From positions 1,178,001-1,242,000 of the forward strand of contig CM102284.1 in the NCBI GenBank assembly GCA_046563655.1: DNA of 64,000 bases, given 5' to 3'. Positions 1-12,288 of this stretch are shown piece by piece. Each line of letters starts with the position of its first letter. The stretch's first letter is position 1. A model generated the notes under the pieces. It searched no databases and was not told the origin of the DNA. It worked only from the letters and a program-made list of their open reading frames with translations. This DNA is from Yuukianura sp. NJ FZ-2021 (Eukaryota). A program made the translations under genes and the position numbers.

Positions 1-445
1 TTGTAACGACAGTATTCTTCTTGGCTCTCATGAGGATATAGATACAATTTATGCTGGAATGATACATCAAAAAAATTTTGAAAGTGTTGTCTATGGCCAA
101 GAAAACCTGTTTCCACAAGATCGGATATTTGGTTTCACAACGCTTCAGTGGGATCGACTCGACTTTGTCCGACGCCGTTTTGCTGCAATATTCCATTCAC
201 ATGTATTTTACTACTCAAGAGCGAGGAGAATCGGTTCAATTGATGCATCCTTCAAAAAACATAACGCTAAAAACAAAGTTAAAGCAAAACAATTAGGAAA
301 TGAAAGTAATCTTCTGATGTCAACGTACATTATCTATAGCGCATGCATTGTAATTTGTGTTATACAATTTCTACTAGAGCAGGTTCTGAATTTTGTTAAC
401 ATTCTGTATTTTTTTAAAACGTTGAAGTGGAGGCCGGATCGGTAG
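1..445 (+). CDS. Divergent ionotropic receptor (IR)-like gene, last exon only (5' part outside window)
   Basis: Frame open from position 2 (CNDSILLGSHE...VVYGQENLFP..RIFGF..LQWDRLD..RRRF..LGNESNLLMSTYIIY + terminal TM). Clearly paralogous to exon 2 of the genes at 6488-17462, closest to the 9439-11550 copy. Confidence 0.75.
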   Translation, partial: CNDSILLGSHEDIDTIYAGMIHQKNFESVVYGQENLFPQDRIFGFTTLQWDRLDFVRRRFAAIFHSHVFYYSRARRIGSIDASFKKHNAKNKVKAKQLGNESNLLMSTYIIYSACIVICVIQFLLEQVLNFVNILYFFKTLKWRPDR

Positions 446-1094
446 ACACGGCAGAGTACACAAGAATTTGGTTTCAGAAAAAAACACGAGGATATAGAAG
501 GGTTCGTGTTCAAGGCCAATTTAGTTAAATAAAATTTCCGCTTTACTTTTTTCGTTTTGAATTGAATATGCATATATTTTGAAACTGCTCGCCTCCAACA
601 TATAATTAAGCGTCTTTTTGAAGGTATTTTTCGAAACCCAACATTTGATCACAATTAAACTTTAGTTCTTTGGAGTGAACTTACCGTTAGAAGAGTTGTA
701 ACTTTGTTGTTTAGCAAAAAGAACTCCAAACATTCCAAAACTGTTTAGACCAATGTTGCCGTATGTTTAAATTTGTTATGGGATTAGGGTTTACATAAGT
801 ACTTCAGGATGGCGCGCATAAATTCTTTTCCAAATATTCTTTTCAAAACTTAGTTTTCGACAATTTGAAGCCGTTGGTGTTTGAGGTCATACTAAATTCA
901 AAGGAGGAAGAAAATTATTCTAGACGCTTTCTAGTCATACAGTCTAAAGATACTAAATTTATGTACATTTGGACAAAGTTTCTGCGAGGTTCTACTGTAT
1001 ATAGATGTTGTACCTGTTTCAAGCGTTTCCAATTTTATGCTCATAATATCCTCATACTTTTTGGCCAACTTGTGCAAACCAACATGAGCATCTT

Positions 1095-1146
1095 TAGACG
1101 AGAAAAACACATTTACTCAATTGAGTAAATGTGTTTTTCTCGTCTA
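1095..1146. repeat. Perfect 52-bp spacerless palindrome
   Basis: tagacgagaaaaacacatttactcaa (1095-1120) is directly followed by its exact reverse complement ttgagtaaatgtgtttttctcgtcta (1121-1146). Confidence 0.95.
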
Positions 1147-1483
1147 GGCACTTTTGTAATTGGCTTTTCCTGCTAACTACATTTAAACTTGTACACTTCA
1201 ACTAAAAGTTTTGAGACCAAAGAATCACATTAATGCTTTTCTTTTTTTTAAAGACTCAAAATTTGATGAGTTCTTATTTGTTTAGTTTTGAACAAAACAG
1301 CGCAAATGCCTGTAAAATTTTAATTTACTTATTAATTTAATGCATTTATTGTTCAATTTATGTTTCATCTGATAATCTAAGATTCCGAACAATGTGTGAA
1401 GTAAAATTAAGATACTATTTCCAATACAAGAATAAATGAACTGATTGCCACGACCACGCAAAGATTTCGGTAAAATTATGCAA

Positions 1484-4369
1484 TTAGTCACTGAATAGAC
1501 TAAGATCCAACTTCGGAATTTTTTTACAAGACACAAGTTTGTTTCCATCACTCGGAAGCAGTCTAATTGATAGAATAAAAAAAAATTCTACTATAGTTGG
1601 ATTAAGTCCGTTTGTTGAATTTGTGACTTACAGTTGCATTTCTAAAATGCTTTCCGGATACCCCTTGACATTTCTGCAAACGAGATTTTTCAATGAAATT
1701 GCAAAGATTTGTGCATATTGTGCTTCAGTAAATGAGTGTCTGTCTGTGAAGAAAAGTCTATCTCCATACTTCAAATTATTAAATTGAATTCCCTGGAAAG
1801 ATAAATCAGCCTTAATAATATATATTGTAATTAATTATATAAATATTATTAATTAAGTAGTAACCAAAATCAGTCACAAGTTGTACCTGGAGACAAGCCA
1901 TTGTTGCACCAAGTACAGCTCCTGGACTCCGTTTCTCACTCAAACCTCCAGTGAATAAATCAATGTCTCTGGCATCCGCATACACTTGCTTCAGTAGTTC
2001 CACATTTGAATTGTCCATCAACCCATGTTTGACGAGGTCACTGAATTGTTTAAGATCTAGCCTCCCACGAGAACAGCGTTTAACTACGTCCACATATGTC
2101 CCTAACTTATGGTCACGGCCGCGCTGTACAATTAAAAAAGCTTTCACAATCCCTTCGTAGTCAATACGTCATTGTAACCACCGATTGTGATTCAAGGAGC
2201 GACGGTTACACCAGTGGTAACCAATGCAACTGGTTTTCGTCAACCATTTTACCTGTAGTGCAAATGCAACAAAATCCTGACCGTACTGTTGATTTTTTGG
2301 TTGTAGAAAATGATTTGTGAGTTCTGCGGTAACAAATCTATCAAAGTCCTGTGCTGGAGCAGACATTCCCTGTATCACACGGAGCAATCCAGAGGGCGCA
2401 TGTAGCTACAAAGTATATAAAGTCATGTATAGAAATGAATTATATAATAAATGTATACAATAATCTATATAAATATATAATATACTTATTATATCGTACA
2501 TATGAGGAGTTGGAGAATGTTTCATGTAAGGGAATTTTCTGTAGACCGTATTCCATCGTTCCACTTATTGAACTGAACATGTGCATATTACCTGCATCAG
2601 CATTCCCATTTGAAATGCTCGTGTAAAATCCACTGTGGTATTTACTCCTGCGGTATACCGGTAGACCAAAGTTGAGCATTTGATGCTCCCCAATAAGTAT
2701 GGGAAGATACTCTCTGTAAATTATGTTCTGATAAACTGAAATCAATATCCGCCTGGAACATATGCATTAGTAGGCATTGAAATTAAAATGAAATGAGTTA
2801 TATTAGTTTAGGATAGCTTTTAACCTTGCTTGTTGATATAACCATTCATCAGTTTTTGCAGAAAATGAGGCGTGTAGTTCCATTGCTATGCGATTGTGCT
2901 CCAATACGAAAACTATAAAGTGAAATTCATTTTAACACCAACCTGTACATGTGGAAATTTCAAGTTTACATATCCACTTTTGCAGTACACATATGCTTAC
3001 AATATGAAATGTATATAGTATAGTATATATATAGTATAAATAGTGTAATAGTATAGTATAATTTCTAATTTAATATTAATATAATATAATAACAATAATA
3101 ATAGTAATTAATAATAATAATAATAAATAAGTAAATAATAATTAATATTGTATAATAATAAAGTATAATTTTCATACTTGTGTAAATAGCCGTGAGTTGT
3201 GGAACAAAGTTGCCTAGTGAATCTCCTACTGCATAAGGTCCACTCACACTTTCGCTCATTCCTGCCTGCTCAGCGGCTGGAAGCGGTTCTTGGCCATCGC
3301 TAGCAACAAACGTTTTTAATCGGCCGTTTGAAAATGTACGCAACTTTCGTGCCTTAGTTTCATCACTTCCGTAAATTTGTGAAAGATCCAAAAATACAGT
3401 GTTGTCATTAAATTGAAAACGACCGCGTATTGTTGGCGGCGAACCAACCTTTCCTAGGATGTGTTTAAAATGGATTAAATATTAGATCAAAACAACAATT
3501 TGAGCAGCAAAATATCAAAAAATTAAAAAATAGATGCAATAAAACATACAATAATTTTTTTTACCTTCTTTACGACAAGAGCGCACATATTCCAAGCACT
3601 GTACGCCAAACTTTTTGTAGAATGTGTCATTGGCTGGAATTGCAATAGGGAAGCATGACTTTTGGCTGTTTTTGTTGCAACAACCTGACGAACCTTTGAA
3701 AATCGGCACAAAGTTACCGTATTTCTCCGCACAAAGTTACCGTATTTCTCGGCAAATTTTTTTTGAATCAAAGAACCTACTTGGTACCACAGTTTTTTGT
3801 ATATCGTTTACAACAAATAATCCAAAAAACGCAAAAAATTGATTGATGACGTTTGATGTAAAATTCTGATCTGTGTGTATAGTTGTACTGACGACTCTTG
3901 GATTTGGTAGATCCTTCCCCGTTACTGATTTGCGCAGTGTATCTAATTGTTTCAAATTTAGTTGGTTAGATTATTAAAATTCAGGATTTATTAAAGTATA
4001 TTACACATGTATATTGAATGTATTGTATGTTATTATACATACGGGTATACCTGTATCATTTGACTTTTCAGAAACCACGAATTTGTTATATACTTGCCCT
4101 GCTGCTCCCCATGTTCCATTAACATCATTGTTGCAACTTCCGTTAATAGTTCGCCATTTACTAACTAGGTTGCTACAGTTGAGAGATTCTGGTGGATCAG
4201 AACTACTTGGACAATCATTTTTTGTGTCACCAAGCTCTCCAAACAGCACTAAATTAAAAGAAAAGTAATAATTTGAAGAAATATAAAATAAATCTGAGAA
4301 AAATGTAGTATTGGTTTGAAAGCTATAGTTACCGAGGTGAACAATAATTGCTGCAACAACCCAATGCAT
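1484..4369 (-). CDS. Animal heme peroxidase family (chorion peroxidase/peroxinectin-like) protein, multi-exon, probably non-catalytic
   Basis: Signal-like start MHWVVAAIIVHL. Family motifs across spliced exons: WRTINGSCNN..WGAA, LPNPRVVS, CFPIAIP..D.FY..CLEYVRS, FLDLSQIYGS..LRTFSNGRLK, EHNRIA, YQNIIYREYLP, Q|RGRDH, DIDLFTGGLSE, QFNNLKYGDRLFF, CKKIPKLDLSLF*. GT-AG introns join the exons in frame as far as I could trace. Confidence 0.88.
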
Positions 4370-5552
4370 TGCAGTTTAAATCCTGAGTTATGTCTTTAAT
4401 CACCGAATCCAATCTAGAAACTAAAAATTAGTTTTGGTTGTTAGGTCGAATAAGTTCATGTACTTGAGAAATTGATCAAGTTATTTTTGCCTCTCCAATT
4501 TAAAACTGTTTGTCTTTTGACAAGAAAAAGCCTTGTTCTACAATTGAATTTGACCTATTTCAGTCGAACAACTCCCCAGAAATTGCAGCAAAATATTTCC
4601 TAACATAATGTCCACCAACAAATTTTTCATATGAACTTTGAACCCTTGTGCTAATTTTTTTTGCCGTATTGAAAAACACCGCCGAGAAACATATCAAATA
4701 TCGCAAATGCTCTAATATAATCGCGCGCTTGAATTCTCGGCCTCGACTAATGCTCAAAAGGCGACTGGTATTGTTTTAAATTTGAAAAGGGCCTTCTAAA
4801 AATAAAAGTAGGTCTGGAAAGTATTAGATCAAGGTTGCTATAGCAACCCAAATGTATTCTCTGCATCTAAACCAAATGATGTAGCAAACCAATTTGCTTG
4901 TTTGCTAACCTTGGAATAAATGTTTGGTTCAAAGCTGTAGAGTACACGGTCAATCTGCTCACTTAAAAAAGCAAATAGTAGCAATAGAGTAAAATCAGAA
5001 TAAGTGCATAGCCCTTGTCGTCCTCGCTTTAGCGATTTTCATCAACTCCTTTGTAGCATTGACTTAAAATTTATATAACCACATTATGGCATGATTTTTA
5101 AACTTTTAAATTTAAAATTATGGAACAAAGGTGAAAAAACTTGAAGCCAAGTTTTTACCATAGAACTGTCAATCTGGTTTAGAGTTTTTCTTCAAAATTC
5201 ATTATTTTGACGAAGCGGTAAGAGGAAAAGCCAAGAAGTTTTTGAGAGATGATTCGTAATATGGCGGGAGTTTGGCTTGGTTTTATGGTTTTATTAGAAG
5301 TATAGTCGCAAATTCAAATGAAATAGAGTTCATGGCAAAATAATTTTTTTAATTTATTGTCTATTTATTATTTAAAATAAAATTACTAATTGGGGTTTTT
5401 GTGATAGGTTGTTGTGTATTGTTTTCAGAAAAATCATATTACTGAATGTAAAGCGACTGGACATTTAAGCATACCGTAACTTTTGCGTTTAATCAATTTT
5501 ATAATGTTTTGAGTTCTTGCTAACAAACAGCACTATTTGATTTTTTGGGTTA

Positions 5553-5905
5553 TTAATATTTGGTTTCTCGACGTTGAATTAAACTAATTGCGTTCGCACC
5601 TTTGAAGATTAAAAATTCTTCTAATATAAATAACACAAAAGAAATTGCGACATATGCGCCGCAGATGATGTACGTTGACATCAGAAGATTACTTTCATTT
5701 CCTAATTGTTTTGCTTTCACTTTGTTTCTAGCGTTATGTTTTTTGAAAATTGCATCAATTGAACCGATTCTCCTAGCTTTCGAGTAGTAAAATACATGCG
5801 AATAGAATACTGCAGCAAAACGGCGTCGTACAAAATCCATTCGATCCCACTGAAGCAATTTGAAGCCAAATATTCGATTTTGTGGAAAAAGGGGTTCCTT
5901 GACAA
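5553..5905 (-). pseudogene. Inverted, 5'-truncated fragment of the IR-like last exon
   Basis: FPQNRIFGFKLLQWDRMDFVRRRFAAVFYSHVFYYSKARRIGSIDAIFKKHNARNKVKAKQLGNESNLLMSTYII is nearly identical to the 1-445 exon. Homology stops near 5905 with a frameshift and no upstream exon is present. Confidence 0.8.
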
Positions 5906-6487
5906 ACCGAATTGTGTTTCTTACAACATGTTGCCTAATAACTCAGAGTTACCAAAAATCTTACTTCAAACAAATTTCTGTACAAAATTTGCTTCAGTTT
6001 TTCCCATAATTTTTTTTGCAGCTGGTCGACTATTACTACAGTGGGAAAAAAGAAACAGAATAATCCTGAGTGGTTTATAAATGCGGCGCCATCTTTCGGG
6101 GCTCTCATAAGGTGCTTTTCAATCGTTTATAAAATTTAATGAAGTAAGTTAGCTCTCCAATTCAGGTCGCATGAGGAAAAGTTCTTAAACAATTTAACTG
6201 AAAGTTCGGACAAAGAATAAAGTTTCGATTTGTTTTTCAAATACTGTGGTTACTAAAAAAACAAACCAATTATTTTGCGATTTTCTACCTACAATCAATT
6301 TTGAACTTTACATTTTGTGAGCGTCGACCAATTGTTGAAAACTTTTTTCTGGATTTAAGTGGATCAAAGCACAAAATTTGTAAAACTGGAGGTAAGGTAA
6401 TGCACAAGTGAGCTCACCCTCGGCAGTAGTTGAGACACAACAGTCTGCTAAAATCAAATATTGCAAAGAAAACGGAAACAAATTGAA

Positions 6488-8781
6488 ATGTCTGCCCAAT
6501 TCAATTTGAGAATGTTTATTCTTTTCTTCGTTTTCATCAAAATTAACTGCTTGTCTACGTTTTCATTGGATCTTACGGATTTTAGGCACTGCTTTGCAGA
6601 TATATTTGTATCTGAACGCAATACATTAATGTATTTTGAAAGTGAACACAACAAATTTGATATCAATTCATTAGTTTCTGTTCGAGAAAATTTTGACCCT
6701 CCTCAAACTGATAATTATAAGGATCGAAAATTTCTATCATGGAAGGCAAGTAAGCAAAATTGTTATATCATTTTAGTAATCTACCCGACAATTAATTTTT
6801 GGTACACTAAAGTACCTTCCGAGTACTTGTGGTTACTAGAATGTCGCCAATACGACTTTACTATCAAAAGTTGTTACGGTAAATACACCTACTACATAAC
6901 CATTAGCACACCACATGTTTCCTTAAAAGATCAGATCGATGGGCCTGTTTGGAATAAAGTTCCAGTATTTCGCTTGGCTATAAAAAATAAAGCACTGGAA
7001 ATTTCAACAACTCTGGCCAATCCATGTAACGCACGGCTCACGCGCAAAGTTTACAGCCAACGTGACTTGAACGGCAACTCAACTCAAACTCCTATCAAAG
7101 TCGGTCGAGTACATTTGGACAATCTTGTACAAACTATGTTACTGTATGCATGTCCAATCAAATGGATACCTGAAATTGGACCAAACAGTTTCGGATTCGC
7201 ACATGACAACGTTTTTGCCAGTTCAGTGGAGCTCGAGACTTCACCTCCTAAGCATTCACCAGCAGGCATGATTCGGAATATAGTCAAAGTGGTAAACTCC
7301 AAACATGGACTCAATTTAACAAACATTTCAATTCAGCCGGTGGAAGTATCTCCGGAAATCAACGAAGTTAGACTGGTTTGGGATGTTCCACAAGTTTTGG
7401 AACATAAAGGCCTGGTATTTCGAGTTTCCAGACAAAGCGGTTACACAGTTAAGGCAAGTATAGTCGCCTACAACTTCATTACATGTTCTGGTATGGAGCA
7501 GTTTTTGACATTTGAACCCCTCCTGACGCCGTTCAAAATGTTTGTTTGGATTGCTACTATGGTAACATTGGTAGTTGTAACAATTTGTCTGAAAATGATA
7601 TTCCCGCGATTATTCAACCTTTGCAAATCCGCATTTATCACTTTTGATGTACTTCTGGAGCAAGGAGTCAAAGTGTCTGAAAAAGTTAGAAAGTCGGTCA
7701 AATTCAAATTTATTTTTGCCGTACTTATTATTTGTGGTTTGGTTTTAACAAATTCGTATAGAGGCAAAGTTACCTCAAATTTGACAGCTCCATTACCTAC
7801 AGCAAAGATAAGATTTATTGCTGAAGCTATGGAAAAAAATTTCACCATACTTTTACCCGTTCCGGAATTGCAAGCGTCCGAAGTAAACAGTAAGTAACTT
7901 TACAATTGTCAATTAATCCGTAATTGTGATACACAAAATTGATGCCTTTACTTGGCAATCGAATTGCCTGAATAACAACATATTTTTGAAATTTTAGTAA
8001 CAAAAACTAATGAGTAAAATTTTTTATTATTTTTGTTACAGAAGAGCTAAATAAAAATAACACAAAGAAAATAGAAGAAATGAAGGACCGTTTGTGGTTT
8101 GGATTTCTGAAAAAAGTGCGGCAAAAAATTGCAAATATTGGAAATATAACTGAAGAAACATCTTGTCTACGTCTCATGCAGAAAATTAGAGCGTCAATAA
8201 CTTTGGATTACTCTAACATTCCTCAAATTTCAAATTCAAGTTTTACAGAAGCGTTTTTACAATGCAACAAAAGTATTTTTGTTGGGACGCATGATGAGGT
8301 GGATAAACTATACGCTGAACTAATACGCAAACGAAATTTTGAAAATGTCGTATACGGTGAAGACAACTTTTTACCAGAAAGTCGAGTATTTGGTTTCTAT
8401 GACTTGGAATGGGACAGACTTGATATAGTTCGCCGCCGGTTTTCCGCTGTATTTCACTCACATATTTTCTACTACTCAAACGCCATCAATAGCAGCTCAG
8501 TTTATGCAACTTTGAACAAATTTAGGATTAGACACAAAGGAAGAGCAAACCGCCTTGGTAATGAAAGCAATGTACTTCTGTCAACGTACATTATATACTT
8601 TTCATGCATTGCAATTTCAGTTGTCGTGATGTTTGTAGAACATATTTACAACTACAAACTCACTTCTCGACGGTACTTTTCGCTGAAAAATTTCATACAA
8701 ATTTGCTTTCAAAAAACATACAGCGTGTTTGTTGTGTTCATATACAATTTTTACACATCATACTTACACAATACTGATTAA
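6488..8781 (+). CDS. Divergent IR-like receptor, two exons (6488-7889, 8042-8781), ~713 aa
   Basis: Signal peptide, long extracellular region, YNFITC, M1 (LLTPFKMFVWIATMVTL), pore-like FDVLLEQG, M3-like LTNSYRGKVTSNLTAP, S2-like region and a final TM. A phase-1 gtaagt...ttacag intron joins the exons in frame. Confidence 0.8.
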
Positions 8782-9438
8782 AATTTACATCTACCCAATT
8801 CTGACAGTTAATACACTTACTAGTCAACAGTTGATAAACTCTATATCATAATTTAATATACAGCGTTATTCAGCGAAAAGTAGACACCCAAAAATCGTTT
8901 TCATGGCACTTTTTTTTCTAAATTTGCAGTTTGTGGTGGAGATTGAGACCAAAAAACAAAATACGTTTAAACGAATTTATATTGCGCAGAGTATTTTTTT
9001 GAATTTGTTAGAAATGATGTTGCTATGCTGTTCACCGTTATGGGTAAGCCAACAGGATTGCGTGTCCAAATTCTATTGAGCAGATAAAATTTGAATAGTT
9101 TTACAAAAAAATGAACTGGTGACGACGTTCGTGCTCAAGGCCGCGAGGATATTAAAATTTCGTTTTGAGAATTGTGTCCGCTTTGGAAACCTTTGACTAT
9201 ATGACATAAAACACTAAATTACATGTATGTTCATTTCGGCGAAGTTTGTGGATAAATATATATCACATTCGAAACTGGTTCTTGTTCCTCATGCAATCAT
9301 TAAAAAAATTCAGCACAAGGAGACTAGCGTTGTAAGTTGTAAGATGATGTACTTTCTAGAAACTAAGTTACAGTGTTAGTTGTGTTGCTAGGAAATTGTG
9401 CAGCAGCAGAAATTTCTCAAAACAAATTGCATATAAAA

Positions 9439-11550
9439 ATGTATTTTCAGTTTATTCTAATCATTTCTTGCCCGTTTTTTGTAACTACAGCTACATCTTC
9501 AGAGTCAGATCTATTCAACTTTTCAGATTTTAAACACTGTTTTACTGATATTTTTGAAACTGAGAATAGCGAAATACTCCTAAATTCCATAGTTTCTGTT
9601 AGGGAGAGTTCTATCCAAAATATTAATTACACACAGCACAAAGACGTTTCATGGAAGTCGAGTAAACAAAATTGTTACGTGATTTTGGACATTTACCCAA
9701 AAAATCCTCTGAGATTTATTGGAGGATTCCCAGGTTGGTACGATTGGTTGGTAAATTGTGGTCGCAACTTGACTGCGACCGAAAATTGTTATGGTAAATA
9801 CACTTACTACTTGACTGTTACCCGCGAAAATACATCGCTACACAAGTTTAATCCTATTCCAGTCACTAATAGTTGGAATCACCTTCCGGTATTTATTTTG
9901 ACAGTAGCACACAATTCGACCAACCTTACTACTGTTCTGTACCTTCCTTGCCACACAAAAGTCACACAAATCTTTCATACGGAACATAACGCAACTCGGA
10001 TTGACACGAAATTTGGGCGAGCTGATTTTGACAACCTGTTGCAAATATTGTTATTATACGCATGCGCTGTAAAATGGGACTATGAAACTCAAGTAGTTTT
10101 TCACGTAATTCCAATTTTCAAGAATGGACACAAGTTACCACCGAGATACTCAAAAGAAGAGATGATTTGGAGTATCGTTAATTATTTAAATGCAAAGGCA
10201 GGTGGAAATGCTTCAAACATTTATATTGAAAATTTTTCGCAAATTCGTGAGCCAAGTAGTAGAGTCTACTGGGATTTCCCAATTGTTCCAGAAAATGAAA
10301 AGTTAGCATTTCGTACGCCACCACAAGCTGGGTTTGCAGTTAACGTTGGATCAGTAGCGTACAACTTCATAACTTGTTCCGGTACTCAAAAGTTTTTGAC
10401 TTTCCAACCATTAATTTCACCGTTTAAAATGAATTTCTGGATCACAACATTGATTACCTTGGTTATTGGAGCAATTTTTCTGAAACTTACTTTTTTTCGA
10501 CCACTTCATTTCCGAGAGTATGGATTTATTGTATTTGATGTAATTTTGGAACAAGAAGTTCAACTTTCGAAAAAAATTGGAAAGTTAACGAAATTCAGAC
10601 TTATTTTTGGCGCAATTATTTTCGGTGGTTTGGTGTTAACAAATAGTTATAGGGGCAAGGTAACCTCAAATTTAACGGGACCGTTACCTACAGCAACAAT
10701 GAAATATTTTTCGGAAGCAATGGAAAGAAATTTTACAATTTTGCAACCAATTCCGGACTTTACGTTGTCTCAACTACCGGTTTGTAAGTGATTTCAAAAG
10801 CTCTTAGGTTTTTTATTATCACTATTTCCATAATCATAGTAGTAGTTAAAAATAATTAAAATTTAATTTCCACATTATGGTATTTGTGTTATAGTTTTCA
10901 AAGAACAACTAGCAAAAAATGCAACGCTGAAAGGAGGACAATCAATTCTAAAAAACATACTAAAATTAGGATTCGTAAAACAAACATGGACTCACGAACT
11001 TATTGCCGCCAACAGAACGGAACAAATTTTGATGAGCAAAATTTACAACTCAACCGTTTTGTACAACCGTACTGCATCGCTGAACATCAGCATAACAAAT
11101 TCAACTTGGACTGAAGAGTTTTTCAAGTGTAACAAAAGTATTCTTGTCGGATCGCATGAGGAGCTAGATACAGATTACGCGTCAATGTTACACCACAAAA
11201 AAATTGAACGTGTTGTTTATGGTCAAGAGAATCTTTTTCCAGAAAATCGGATATTTGGCTTCAAAATGATTCATTGGGATAGATTCGATGTTGCTCGACG
11301 ACGAATTGCTGCAGTAATCCATTCGCATGTATTTTACTACTCAAAAGAGAGAAGAACCGGTTCAATCTATGCGTCTTTGAAAAGTCGCAAAGCTAGAAGC
11401 AAAGTGAAAGCAAAACAATTAGGAAATGAAAGTAATTTTCTGTTGTCAACATACATTATCTATTGCGCTTGTATTACAATTTCTGTTATGCAATTTATAC
11501 TAGAGCATCTACAGTTTCTTATTCACATTCTGTATTTTTTAAAACATTGA
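9439..11550 (+). CDS. Divergent IR-like receptor, two exons (9439-10783, 10895-11550), ~666 aa
   Basis: Same motifs (WKSSKQNCY, YNFITC, FDVILEQ, LTNSYRGKVTSNLTGP, LGNESN..STYIIY) and the same phase-1 intron position. Confidence 0.8.
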
Positions 11551-12288
11551 AGCAGATCGGTAGAGATGAAAGCATTGTCAGGCATTAAAAAATGTTAAAT
11601 TAAAATAGTTTAAGAAAAAAACGCTGCGGTAGAAGCGTTCGTGTTTTGGAGCGCTTCAATGTGATAGTTGGTCACAGGAAACAAAAAATAAAAAATGTTG
11701 GGGTTTTTGAGTTTTGCGTATTCTCTGTATTATTTGTTTTTCCTCTATTCAAGACAACAGAGAGCCAAGATGAGGGCACTTGATTTTTAAATTTTTCATC
11801 CGAATCTTGTCTAATTTCTCACTTCAGCTCACTCATTTGCCGTTCATTTTGTGTTCATATTTTTTAGAAACAAAGAGGCCAAAATATCATCAGCCGTTTG
11901 CAAACGCAGCGTCATCTTTCGCTGGTTTTGTACATCGGTTTACAAACGTTTATTGATTTTTATTGAAGCAACGAAAGTTGTGCATGTTCTGGCACAATTT
12001 GGCTAAAAGTTCGAAAAAAGAATAAACATTTCAAATTGTTTTCGAATACAGCAACCGGACAAAACAAGGCAATTATTTTGCCTTAGCTCTAACTATAAAC
12101 AATTCTGAACTTTACTTTTTGTAGGCGTCAACCAAACGCTAAGCGTGTTTTTAGACTGATGTGGATCGTAATGCTCAGAAAATTTGAAAAATTTGGTTTA
12201 TGGATTGGTGCGGAAACTTCACTCTCGGCAGTAGTAGAGGAAAAACACTCGGGTAAACTCAAGTATTGCCAAAAAAATACAATTTTTA

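Noticed and set aside
2990-3175. TA/TAA-rich stretch extending the 3065-3391 ORF
   Set aside because: Low-complexity intron of the peroxidase-like gene; the exon ends at the gtatga donor near 3177.
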